A stretch of DNA of 52,364 nucleotides from Coriobacteriales bacterium. Its GTDB lineage: Bacteria; Actinomycetota; Coriobacteriia; Coriobacteriales; UBA8131. The DNA lies in contig JAITOC010000101.1 of the NCBI GenBank assembly GCA_031290175.1, positions 1 to 52,364 on the forward strand, in the 5' to 3' direction. The position numbers were made by a program, and so were the translations under genes. Every line of letters starts with the position of its first letter. Position 1 is the first letter of the stretch. The notes below the pieces were generated by a model, which made no database searches, was not told where the DNA came from, and saw only the letters and a program-made list of their open reading frames with translations. Below, one piece after another: positions 36,458 to 45,195 of the stretch.

Positions 36458-37153
36458 TTACAGCTCGTAGCTGCCGGTAGTTGGGCGTCCAAGAGCGATC
36501 TCAAGGTTGCCGTTACGGGTACGAAGCTCGTCGATGAACGCCTTTTGCTCAACGCCGTGCTTGAGGCTGACTGTGTAGGTGAGTTTGTAGAGGCTGCCCA
36601 TGTTGACAGTCTTGACCCGTGTGAGCTCATGCTTGTGGGTATAGTGCTCAAACACGGGAGTAAAGATGTCCTCGTAATCGAGAGTCTCGGGAATGGTGAC
36701 CTTGAGCTGGTGTTCACCCTGCTGCGGCTCACCAAAGGGCACGACCTGGTAGAGGGCGGTTACCGCTCCAATGACGAGGGTGAATATCACGGCAATGGCA
36801 AGGAAGCCCATACCCGTCGCAAGCCCGATAGCCATCGAGAAGAACACGGCAGCAATGTCTTTGGCGCTGCCCGGTATGGACCGGAACCGCACGAGTGCAA
36901 AGGCACCCATCACCGCCAACCCTGCGCCGAGATTGCCGTTTACCAGCATAATCACGAGTTGTACCACCGCGGGCAGCAACGCAAGGGTAACAACAAAGCC
37001 CTTGTTGTGGCTATTGCGGAACATATAGATAAGCGCTGCTGCCAATCCCAGCACGAGCGACACCGCCGTGCAGAGCAAAAAATCCGTGACTGGCAGCTCG
37101 GTGATCCCTTGTGCCGAGGTGAGTACACTACTGAAGATCTCGTCCGTGGTCAT
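36458..37153 (-). CDS. DUF4956 domain-containing membrane protein
   Basis: Typical core VVTLALLPAVVQLVIMLVNGNLGAGLAVMGAFALVRFRSIPGSAKDIAAVFFSMAIGLATGMG. ATGA overlap with the upstream VTC gene. Confidence 0.8.
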   Translation of the reverse strand: MTTDEIFSSVLTSAQGITELPVTDFLLCTAVSLVLGLAAALIYMFRNSHNKGFVVTLALLPAVVQLVIMLVNGNLGAGLAVMGAFALVRFRSIPGSAKDIAAVFFSMAIGLATGMGFLAIAVIFTLVIGAVTALYQVVPFGEPQQGEHQLKVTIPETLDYEDIFTPVFEHYTHKHELTRVKTVNMGSLYKLTYTVSLKHGVEQKAFIDELRTRNGNLEIALGRPTTGSYEL

Positions 37154-38052
37154 GTGGTCCCCTCCTCGTTGGTGATGAATTGCCTGTATGCCGTGCCTAT
37201 CTTCGAGAAGCTGCGGGGGAAGACCCCCGCTTCAGCGAGCGTACGGGTGAGCTCGAGTGGCAGTGCGTTGGATGCCTTGATCTCCATAACGCCAGTATCC
37301 GCAGGTAAAAGAGGGCATGTTTCCTTGCCCTCCCACCACTCCCACGAGCCGGGGGCAAAGCCGATCCTGCGGTCGAACGTGATGCGGAGTGGGCTTGCCC
37401 CATCTGACGACACATACTCGTAGGCCTGACGCTCATAGGTCAAAAGCAGCAGAGGCTCCAGACCGCCATACAGAAAACGCGCCTGCTCCAACTCGCGCAT
37501 TATCTGGCGGTTGAATACAGCCTTCTGAGTATCGGCATCGCGATAGAGCGACAGGGGCAAGACGCCCTGCTCGATGAACTGCCGCGCTTCACGCAGGCTC
37601 ATACCCACACGTCGCTTGTAGACTATGCCGAGGAACTTCTTCTTGATTTCGAGGAACGCCTTGTGTGTGCCCATATGTACGGAGCCGTAGGTACGCACAC
37701 GTAGCTTCTCCTTGTAGTCCGGCTTCTCGATAGAACGTCTGATAAGCACGTGCTCGGGAGTGTCAAGATAGAGGCTGCTGACGAGCGCAGAGCCTCTGTC
37801 GTCGGGAATCAGGGCAGATCCGAGACCGGCGATGAGGCGCTTGCCTGTGTCCTCATCGAGCAGGTATTTCTCCTCCTGGCGTGCAAAAACATTGGGAGAA
37901 TGTTGTTCAGATGCGCTGAGCGCAGGGTTGCTGTCCGTTGCGTGCTCCCGACGTGCTAATTCATCGCGGGATTCGGGGGGCTCGTACAGCATGACGGGCT
38001 TACTCTGTGTAAAGACCCGGGGAGGTGCGGATAGGGCTGAAGCAGTTTGCAT
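37150..38052 (-). CDS. VTC-domain (polyphosphate polymerase-like, triphosphate-tunnel fold) protein
   Basis: Pattern RQEEKYLL......L...L......D......V.SLYLDTPE......S.EKP.YKEKLRVRTYG....FLEIKKKF.G.VYKRR. The ATG at 38052 follows AAAGGAG; the track start at 38088 has no RBS. Confidence 0.8.
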   Translation of the reverse strand: MQTASALSAPPRVFTQSKPVMLYEPPESRDELARREHATDSNPALSASEQHSPNVFARQEEKYLLDEDTGKRLIAGLGSALIPDDRGSALVSSLYLDTPEHVLIRRSIEKPDYKEKLRVRTYGSVHMGTHKAFLEIKKKFLGIVYKRRVGMSLREARQFIEQGVLPLSLYRDADTQKAVFNRQIMRELEQARFLYGGLEPLLLLTYERQAYEYVSSDGASPLRITFDRRIGFAPGSWEWWEGKETCPLLPADTGVMEIKASNALPLELTRTLAEAGVFPRSFSKIGTAYRQFITNEEGTT

Positions 38053-38115
38053 GGATACTCCTTTGGTTCTTCCGGTGCTTGACTCCATCGGCAGATTTCA
38101 GTCTAGCGAAACACC

Positions 38116-38176
38116 CTGAAAACAGCCTGAAAGCAAAACCTTGACATAAAGCGGCAGGTTTTCAGCATACTTTCAG
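38116..38176. promoter_or_regulatory. candidate response-regulator operator: two inverted pairs of 11-bp-spaced CTGAAA(A/G) repeats
   Basis: CTGAAAAC (38116-38123) and CTGAAAGC (38127-38134) on the plus strand. GTTTTCAG (38158-38165) and ACTTTCAG (38169-38176) are the same motif on the minus strand. They flank a TTGACA hexamer (38141-38146) in the divergent intergenic region. Confidence 0.4.
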
Positions 38177-38278
38177 TGAGATTGCCTACAATGTACGCGT
38201 GGCAGCTTGCCATACGACGAGATAAACTGGATTTGAAGATCAAGCCCGGGGATGAGGATAACGCATGAAGGACGTGGT

Positions 38279-38992
38279 ATGAACATCCTGCTCGTGGAGG
38301 ATCAACAACGGCTGGCGCAGGCACTTGCCGCCATCCTTGAGGACGCACGCTACCATGTTGACGTGGTGGGCGATGGCGTGAGCGCAGTGGAGTATGCGCT
38401 CAGCGCGAACGAAGCGGGCAGCCCGTACGACGCCCTCGTGCTTGATGTGATGCTGCCGCGAATGGACGGCTTTGAGGCGATGCGCCAGATACGCGCTGGT
38501 GGCAGCAGCACTCCTGTTATCATGCTGACCGCCCGCGACACCCTGCATGACAAGGTGACCGGCCTGGATGCCGGTGCCGACGACTATCTTACCAAGCCCT
38601 TCCAGCCCCAGGAGTTGCTTGCCCGCCTGCGCGCCCTCACCCGCCGGAGCGGCAACGTGCATGTGGAAGACATCGTGCTCGCCGATACTCGCCTCAATCT
38701 CACAAACGGCGATTTAAGCCTCGTGGGAGCCGAGGGCACCGTCCACCTCACGCAACGAGAGTTCGAGGTCTGCACCTACTTCATGACCAATCCTGAACAG
38801 GTTATCACCAAAGCCCAGCTGCTTATGCGCGTCTGGGGCATGGACAACGACGCCGACAAGAACAGTGTTGAAGCCTACGTGTCCTTCCTGCGCAAGAAGC
38901 TCGGGTATCTCGGCAGCAGCCTGCGCGTGGTCACCGTGCGCGGCATGGGCTACCGCCTGGAGACTTCAGAACTTGAGGCGTCGGATGCTTAA
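38279..38992 (+). CDS. OmpR/PhoB-family response regulator
   Basis: MNILLVEDQ, a receiver Asp in LVLDVMLPRMDG, KP, and a winged-helix C-terminus (VEAYVSFLRKKL...VRGMGYRL). RBS GAAGGA. Confidence 0.9.
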   Translation: MNILLVEDQQRLAQALAAILEDARYHVDVVGDGVSAVEYALSANEAGSPYDALVLDVMLPRMDGFEAMRQIRAGGSSTPVIMLTARDTLHDKVTGLDAGADDYLTKPFQPQELLARLRALTRRSGNVHVEDIVLADTRLNLTNGDLSLVGAEGTVHLTQREFEVCTYFMTNPEQVITKAQLLMRVWGMDNDADKNSVEAYVSFLRKKLGYLGSSLRVVTVRGMGYRLETSELEASDA

Positions 38993-40358
38993 GGAACTAC
39001 GACAACGTTTCATTGTCATCATGATGGGACTCGTGGGAGCGGTTCTGCTCGTCATGCTCACCGTGAGTGTGGTGAGCAGCTATCGGACGGAAGTTACAAG
39101 CATCGAGGATGCTTTGAGCGCGGAGGTAACGCGTGAACCGAGCGATCCGGGGCACCCCTGGATTGGTGGACGACCCGGCGCACAGATGGGCACCTCGGGT
39201 CTTGGAGACAGGGGCGATCCGCTCACCCTCGGCAACCGCACAGGAGAGATGTTCACCCCCGTCTATCTCGTCACCATCGACCGCAGCAGCGGGAGCGTGC
39301 TCGCTCGGAGCGAATTCGTGAATATGGATGAGACCTTGCTCGCGCAGACGTTCGAGCGCATCGAGGCACTCGGTCCACTTGCTGATGGCACCACGCGCCA
39401 TGGGCGCTTCGGCGACCTCAAACTTTTCTACCACATCGAGATTACCGGCACCGCCAACAACGGAACCGTCATCATCGCGCTGGCGGACGCCTCACCCCTC
39501 AACGAGAGAACCATGCGCTCCGTCATCACGGCACTCGCCATCTGGCTAGGTGCGATGGTCGCGCTGTTTTTCGTAAGCCTTCTGCTCTCCCGCATCGCCC
39601 TGCGCCCGGTGGCTCAAGCGTGGGAGAACCAACGCCGCTTTGTCGCCGACGCCTCACACGAGCTGAAGACGCCTTTGACCGTGATTCTCGCAAACAGCAG
39701 CCTGCTCGCAGCCCACCCCGAAAAGACAGTCGCGGAGCAGACACAGTGGCTGGAGAGCACCCAGGTGGAGGCGCAACGCATGGACGGTCTCGTGCACGAC
39801 CTCCTGTTGCTCGCGCAGACTGATGATGAAGAACCGGCGCTGGCTTATGGCGGGGCGAGCGGGGCGGCGGATGAGCGCGCGGTTGACCTCAGCGCACTCG
39901 TGAACCGTAACGTGCTCCAGTTTGAGGCGGTGTTCTTTGAGCGCGCCATCACCTTGGTGAGTACGGTTGCCCCGGGCGTGCAGATACGTGGCAACGAGCC
40001 CCAACTCGACCGCCTGCTCCAGATACTTCTCGACAACGCCAGCAAGTATGCTGACAAGCCCGACGCGCCCGACGCCGACGCCGACGCCACGGCTCCTCTC
40101 GTGACGGTGACGCTTGCCAAAGCTGCGTCAGGCAAACAGCAGACGGTGCTCTGTGTCCACAGCACGGGCAAGCCCATCGCACCTGAAGCACTCCCCCGCC
40201 TCTTCGATCGCTTCTACCGTGGAGACAGCTCGCACAACGATACCGAGGGTTATGGGCTGGGCTTGAGCCTTGCGAAGAACATCGTGGCTGCGCATGGTGG
40301 CAGCATCGAGGTCACGAGCGCCCTGGAGCAGGGCACCACGTTCACGGTACGACTGTAG
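38985..40358 (+). CDS. sensor histidine kinase (two TM helices, HisKA + HATPase_c)
   Basis: The ATG at 38985 overlaps the regulator stop. H-box FVADASHELKTPLT; N and G boxes (LLDNASKYA, GYGLGLSLAKNIV..HGG). Confidence 0.9.
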   Translation: MLKELRQRFIVIMMGLVGAVLLVMLTVSVVSSYRTEVTSIEDALSAEVTREPSDPGHPWIGGRPGAQMGTSGLGDRGDPLTLGNRTGEMFTPVYLVTIDRSSGSVLARSEFVNMDETLLAQTFERIEALGPLADGTTRHGRFGDLKLFYHIEITGTANNGTVIIALADASPLNERTMRSVITALAIWLGAMVALFFVSLLLSRIALRPVAQAWENQRRFVADASHELKTPLTVILANSSLLAAHPEKTVAEQTQWLESTQVEAQRMDGLVHDLLLLAQTDDEEPALAYGGASGAADERAVDLSALVNRNVLQFEAVFFERAITLVSTVAPGVQIRGNEPQLDRLLQILLDNASKYADKPDAPDADADATAPLVTVTLAKAASGKQQTVLCVHSTGKPIAPEALPRLFDRFYRGDSSHNDTEGYGLGLSLAKNIVAAHGGSIEVTSALEQGTTFTVRL

Positions 40359-40365
40359 CGCGGAT

Positions 40366-42435
40366 CTACCTGCCTCCGCGCGAGAGATTCTGCTGGAGTT
40401 TCTCCAGAACCACGTCGTAGTTGATAGGTTTTCCAACGTGGTCGTTCATGCCGGCGGCGAGACAGGACTCTATGTCCTCCCTGAACACATTGGCAGTCAT
40501 TGCGATAATAGGGATTGTCTGCGCCTTCTTGGTGCCGAGCGCACGGATGCGGCGTGTAGCCTCAAGCCCATCCATCTCAGGCATCTGCATATCCATAAGA
40601 ATAGCGTCAAAGCGGTCGGGCTCCGTCATAAAGAGGTCGAGAGCCTGTGCCCCATTCTCAGCACTCACAAGGGTGATGCCCGTTGGCTCCAACAAGGCGA
40701 TGACGATGTCGCGATTGATATCCACATCGTCAACAAGCAGAACGGTCTTGCTGCTGAAGTCAACCGCAGGGTCTTCTTCTGGCGCAGCAGAGGCGCAAGA
40801 GGCGTCGTCTGAAGTCTGGCAAACGTTTTTAAGGCGCACAATACATCCAAAAACCGACCCTTTACCTGGCTCGCTCTCAAGCCAGATGCTACCGCCCATC
40901 ATCTCGACGATGCGCTTGCTGATGGCAAGGCCAAGACCGGTGCCACCATAGGTTCGAGAGGTGGAACTCTCCGCCTGCTGGAATGACTTGAACAGCAGTT
41001 TCTGCTGTTCGGGGGTGATGCCTATGCCATTGTCGATCACCTGTATCTCAAGCGTGCTGCTTGTGTCATCCTGAGAGAGAAGCTTCGCAGCCAACGTGAT
41101 TGAGCCATTCTCGGGTGTAAACTTAACCGCATTGGAGAGCAGGTTAGCGATTACCTGCGAGAGGCGCTGGTCATCGCCGATAAAACGCTCTGGTATCGTG
41201 TCGTCCAACCTGAATGCGAGCTGCTGATTCTTCTCGACTGCTTTAAGTCGTATGACACTGTGGACCCGATTGAGCATCTCTTTGAAATCGAACTCCAGAT
41301 AGGAGAGCTCAAGCTTGTTGGCTTCGATCTTTGACATATCGAGCACATCATTGATCACGCCCAGCAAATGGGTAGAAGCATCGCTGATAACATCGAGAGC
41401 CTCGTCTTTATGCGCGAGATCCTGCCCCCGCTTGCCGATGGTCGTCATTCCGATAATGGCGTTCATGGGAGTGCGCATTTCATGGCTCATATTTGAGAGG
41501 AACTCGCTCTTTGCCTGGGTGGCGGCCTCAGCCTCGAGCTTTGCCTTCATCACCGCTGTAATATCAGTGATGTCGATGTAGGCTCCTCCCGCGCTGCCAA
41601 CGAGCTTGTCCGAGGTAATCTTGAACCAACGCATCTGGCCATCAATGAGCATCTCTCGGGTATCCTCGAAATACCCCTTACTTGAGAGCGCGTCAATGAT
41701 CAAGCGCTTTGTGTTGATGTCGCGGAACAGGTCGACGATGGGGCGGCCTATCACGATTGACTGCTCTTCAAAGTTGGCCAGCTTCATGAGAGGTTCGCTC
41801 ACGTAGGTCACGCGCATGTTCTCGTCCATGAGCGCTGTTATGTTAGGGGTCGCTTCAAAAAGCTTGGCAAAAGCCGCCTCGGCACTGGCCGCTTGACGGT
41901 TGCGGTTGAAGGCAAAGCGGGTGAGCTGGTAGGTCAGTATACTGAGGATGCCTGTCTGTATCCAACAAACCGCAGTCTCGGTCAGGATGAAGGGCACCTC
42001 AAGTCTGCTGGGGAACATCGTGAGCTGGTATCCCATAACCACCAGCACAAAGGTAACCGCGTGGGTCATCACAATGAAAATGATTAGCTTGCGCGTGTTA
42101 CAGTACAGAGCAGCCAGACACACCAATACCATGAGTGACGTAAAATAGTAGGAATAGTCCGAGATGTAGACGCTGTTCACGGTCAAGCCGACATAGAGCA
42201 CGCTGGGCATAAGGAAGGCGTTATTCTCGCTGTGTACAAAGACGAGGAATACGATAAGAAGAATCACCACGACGCCACCGTCAATGAGGATGAAGCTCAA
42301 GTGATCGGAGGGAATCTGCTTGGCAATCCCTTCAAAGAAGCGAACCACGATAAAACCGATACTGATAACAAAGGCAAAGATGTTCGCGATGCGAAAATAG
42401 CGATTCTGCGTCTTATGAACAGTCCTTTCGGTCAT
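40366..42435 (-). CDS. hybrid sensor histidine kinase / response regulator (polytopic N-terminus, PAS, HisKA, HATPase_c, REC)
   Basis: SEFLSNMSHEMRTPMNAIIG H-box, GGTGLGLAISKRIVEMMGG, and a C-terminal receiver VLLVDDVDINR...ILMDMQMPEMDG...K. Confidence 0.9.
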   Translation of the reverse strand: MTERTVHKTQNRYFRIANIFAFVISIGFIVVRFFEGIAKQIPSDHLSFILIDGGVVVILLIVFLVFVHSENNAFLMPSVLYVGLTVNSVYISDYSYYFTSLMVLVCLAALYCNTRKLIIFIVMTHAVTFVLVVMGYQLTMFPSRLEVPFILTETAVCWIQTGILSILTYQLTRFAFNRNRQAASAEAAFAKLFEATPNITALMDENMRVTYVSEPLMKLANFEEQSIVIGRPIVDLFRDINTKRLIIDALSSKGYFEDTREMLIDGQMRWFKITSDKLVGSAGGAYIDITDITAVMKAKLEAEAATQAKSEFLSNMSHEMRTPMNAIIGMTTIGKRGQDLAHKDEALDVISDASTHLLGVINDVLDMSKIEANKLELSYLEFDFKEMLNRVHSVIRLKAVEKNQQLAFRLDDTIPERFIGDDQRLSQVIANLLSNAVKFTPENGSITLAAKLLSQDDTSSTLEIQVIDNGIGITPEQQKLLFKSFQQAESSTSRTYGGTGLGLAISKRIVEMMGGSIWLESEPGKGSVFGCIVRLKNVCQTSDDASCASAAPEEDPAVDFSSKTVLLVDDVDINRDIVIALLEPTGITLVSAENGAQALDLFMTEPDRFDAILMDMQMPEMDGLEATRRIRALGTKKAQTIPIIAMTANVFREDIESCLAAGMNDHVGKPINYDVVLEKLQQNLSRGGR

Positions 42436-43523
42436 GAGCGCGGAACCCCTCTCTTGAAATCAACGCCATCGGGCGTGACGAACTGGATGGCGTGCGGGAC
42501 AACCTCAAACGTGACCTCTGTGTCAGAGAAAGTCTCACCGTCAATGACAACGAGGAGATGGCGATTGGATTTTATCTCGACCTTTTTTACCTTGCGGTAG
42601 ATGAAATGCTTGGTGTCCTCATAGGCCTTGCCCTTTATATACGAGGGAATGAGCGAGAGATCCGCGAGCAAGCCGGACTCACGCAGGAAGAGGAAGTCCA
42701 TAAGCGTGTCGTCGGGCACCGCCCGGTAGTTCGGAGCCTTGTCGCCCGCATAGCAGGGGCCATTTGCAAGATTAATACTGCCGTTTCCTTTGATGACCTC
42801 GTTGTCGTCAAGGATTATCTCGTAATACTGATTGCACACGCGTCTGTTGAACATCACGAGCACGGAGCTGATACTGTAGTACAGGCTCGTCAAAAGAGGA
42901 GACACCCGCAGGCCCTCTCCAGACCATTGTGCCATGTTGGTGTAGTTGTGATACACCTGTGACTCTATCCCTATCGCCGCAAAATTAAGGAGAGCATACC
43001 TGTCCTTGCAGGTAAAGATATCCGTGGGGATAGTTGGCGCGATTGCTTGTTTGGCGATGTTCTTGAACAGGGGCTCCATCCCCTCTCCAAAAGCCCGCAC
43101 AAAATCATTGGAACCACCATGGGGTATGGCTGCAAGCTCAGCATTAGGCACACCAACCATCCCATTCAGACAGTCGAAAAGGATGCCATCCCCTCCCACC
43201 GCATAGATGCGCACGATAACCGTACTGGGAACTCCCTCAAGGTAGTGTCGAATAACACCTATTGCCTCGCGTGGATAGGCGGATACATGGATGGTATACG
43301 TCTCGCCCAGACCTTCAAGGTCGCGCGTGATCTCGGCGCGTATCTGATCAAGTTCGCGCGGCAAAGGGAATGAACGAGGATTGACGATGAAGAGGTGGTG
43401 TCGCCCTTCCTTCTTTGACAGAGCAGGTGTGCTGCTCTCAGCGGTAGTGCCCGTGACCATCGCGCTGCCATCCCTTTGCCTTCGTGTGCCGCACTGTTGA
43501 GCCATCGCGGCAGCCTGTCTCAT
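42432..43523 (-). CDS. diacylglycerol/lipid kinase family protein (YegS/BmrU-like)
   Basis: HHLFIVNPRS ... IYAVGGDGILFDCLNGM ... IPHGGSNDF pattern. The stop overlaps the hybrid kinase ATG (ATGA). The start is uncertain (ATGs at 43523, 43505 and 43460; only the last has a purine-rich upstream stretch). Confidence 0.8.
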   Translation of the reverse strand: MRQAAAMAQQCGTRRQRDGSAMVTGTTAESSTPALSKKEGRHHLFIVNPRSFPLPRELDQIRAEITRDLEGLGETYTIHVSAYPREAIGVIRHYLEGVPSTVIVRIYAVGGDGILFDCLNGMVGVPNAELAAIPHGGSNDFVRAFGEGMEPLFKNIAKQAIAPTIPTDIFTCKDRYALLNFAAIGIESQVYHNYTNMAQWSGEGLRVSPLLTSLYYSISSVLVMFNRRVCNQYYEIILDDNEVIKGNGSINLANGPCYAGDKAPNYRAVPDDTLMDFLFLRESGLLADLSLIPSYIKGKAYEDTKHFIYRKVKKVEIKSNRHLLVVIDGETFSDTEVTFEVVPHAIQFVTPDGVDFKRGVPRS

Positions 43524-43613
43524 GCGTATACGTAAAGTAAAATGATAACACTGCAGGGGGATAACTCAAAAGCGATTGATACCGCCGAAAGGCTGTCTCA
43601 CGAAAATTGCTGG

Positions 43614-43643
43614 TTGACAGGAAACTCGGTAATCAGATAAGAT
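43614..43643 (+). promoter_or_regulatory. candidate promoter of the metY-metA operon
   Basis: TTGACA (43614-43619), 18-nt spacer, TAAGAT (43638-43643). Confidence 0.4.
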
Positions 43644-43649
43644 TGCCAC

Positions 43650-43860
43650 CGTTATTCTTTTCTGCGCTAAGGAGATTTGTGCCTACTGCTTTTGAACAAC
43701 TTCAGGTGGTCAACACCATGAGCGGGCGAATGCCTCGCTGACGCCTTCTATCTTCGGGCTCTGCCTTCGGGGAGCCAAGGCGTCTGATTGTTCGCAATTG
43801 AAGCAGTTACCTAGTTCCAACCTCGATAATTAAATCATGTTGTAGAAAAGGAGTCCCACC
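43650..43860 (+). promoter_or_regulatory. structured approximately 210-nt leader of metY (riboswitch or leader-peptide attenuator; class not assignable)
   Basis: Long 5-prime UTR. Nested hairpin GACGCCTT...[GGCTC-tgccttcggg-GAGCC]...AAGGCGTC (43740-43784). A possible 20-codon leader ORF (43679-43741, RBS AAGGAG) contains two Met codons and ends at the foot of that hairpin. Confidence 0.3.
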
Positions 43861-45156
43861 ATGGCTATTGATGCCTCACAGTGGTCTTTTGAGACCAAGC
43901 AGATCCACGTCGGACAAGAAGCACCCGACCCGGCAACCGATGCACGCGCCGTACCCATTTATCAAACAACCTCCTATGTCTTCCCCTCCTCGAAGTCTGC
44001 AGCTGACCGCTTTGGCCTCGCAGAATCGGGAAACATCTATTCAAGGATCATGAACCCCACGTCCGATGTCTTTGAGAAGCGCATAGCCGCTCTTGAGGGC
44101 GGCGTTGGTGCCCTCGCCGTTGCGTCAGGGGCGGCAGCTGTCACCTATGCCGTGCAGAACATCGCACGCTCCGGTGACCATATCGTATCCGACAAATTCA
44201 TCTACGGCGGCACCTATAACCTCTTTGCCAACACCTTTGCAGACAACGGTATCGATGTCTCGCTGGTGGACGCGTCTTCACTTGAAGAGATTAAGGCCGC
44301 TATTCGCCCAAATACCAAGCTCATCTTCATTGAGACCCTCGGCAATCCCAACTCCACGATCGTTGATATCGAGGCGATAGCCAACCTTGCCCACGCGGCT
44401 GGTCTCCCGCTCATCGTCGATAACACCTTTGCGACACCGTATCTTGTGCGTCCCTTTGAGTATGGTGCCGACATCGTCGTCCACTCTGCCACAAAGTTCA
44501 TCGGTGGCCACGGCACCTCTATTGGCGGCGTTATCGTTGATGGCGGCAACTTTGACTGGGCTGCTGGCGACAAATACCCCGGACTCTCCCAGCCCAACCC
44601 GAGCTATCATGGTGTGGTCTTTACCGAGGCCGTCGGCAACATCGCCTACATCATCAAGGCGCGCGTTACCCTCCTGCGTGACACCGGTGCAGCACTTGCG
44701 CCGCTCAACGCCTTCCTCTTTCTGCAGGGGCTCGAAACGCTCTCCCTCCGCGTTGAGCGCCATGTGGAAAATACTCTCAAGGTTGTGGACTGGCTTGTCA
44801 AGCACCCCCGCGTCAAGCTGGTCAATCACCCCTCCTTGCCAAGCCACCGCGACTATGAACTCTACAAGAAGTACTTCCCCAATGGCGGCGGCACAATCTT
44901 CACCTTCGAGCTCGACGGTACGGCTGACCAGGCGCGCGCTTATACCGAGAAGCTCGAACTATTCTCCCTGCTCGCCAATGTAGCGGATGTGAAATCCCTC
45001 GTCATCCATCCTGCCTCTACGACACACTCGCAGTTGTCTGAGGCAGAGTTGCTCGATGCGGGCATCACGCCCACGACTGTTCGCCTCTCCATCGGCACAG
45101 AGAATGTGAAGGACATCATCGCCGATCTCGAGCAAGCGTTCGAAGCGATCTCGTAG
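43861..45156 (+). CDS. metY: O-acetylhomoserine aminocarboxypropyltransferase (sulfhydrylase)
   Basis: FETKQIHVGQ, YSRIMNPT and the PLP-lysine motif HSATKFIGGHG. RBS AAAGGAG. Confidence 0.95.
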   Translation: MAIDASQWSFETKQIHVGQEAPDPATDARAVPIYQTTSYVFPSSKSAADRFGLAESGNIYSRIMNPTSDVFEKRIAALEGGVGALAVASGAAAVTYAVQNIARSGDHIVSDKFIYGGTYNLFANTFADNGIDVSLVDASSLEEIKAAIRPNTKLIFIETLGNPNSTIVDIEAIANLAHAAGLPLIVDNTFATPYLVRPFEYGADIVVHSATKFIGGHGTSIGGVIVDGGNFDWAAGDKYPGLSQPNPSYHGVVFTEAVGNIAYIIKARVTLLRDTGAALAPLNAFLFLQGLETLSLRVERHVENTLKVVDWLVKHPRVKLVNHPSLPSHRDYELYKKYFPNGGGTIFTFELDGTADQARAYTEKLELFSLLANVADVKSLVIHPASTTHSQLSEAELLDAGITPTTVRLSIGTENVKDIIADLEQAFEAIS

Positions 45157-45195
45157 TATCCTGCAATTATTCGCGTCGTATGGAGTTGACCAGCA

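Noticed and set aside
38141-38192. Attempted to define complete -35/-10 promoters for the response-regulator gene.
   Set aside because: TTGACA is present, but no acceptable -10 hexamer lies at 16-19 nt, and TACAAT at 38187-38192 is 40 nt away. The promoter architecture is left unresolved.
43650-43860. Tried to call the metY leader as a SAM-I (S-box) riboswitch or a Met T-box.
   Set aside because: The conserved SAM-I core strings and the T-box GGTGGTACCGCG-type core are not present by eye. Only a loose CAUGAG resemblance to SAM-IV was seen, which is insufficient, so the leader is reported only as an unclassified structured leader.
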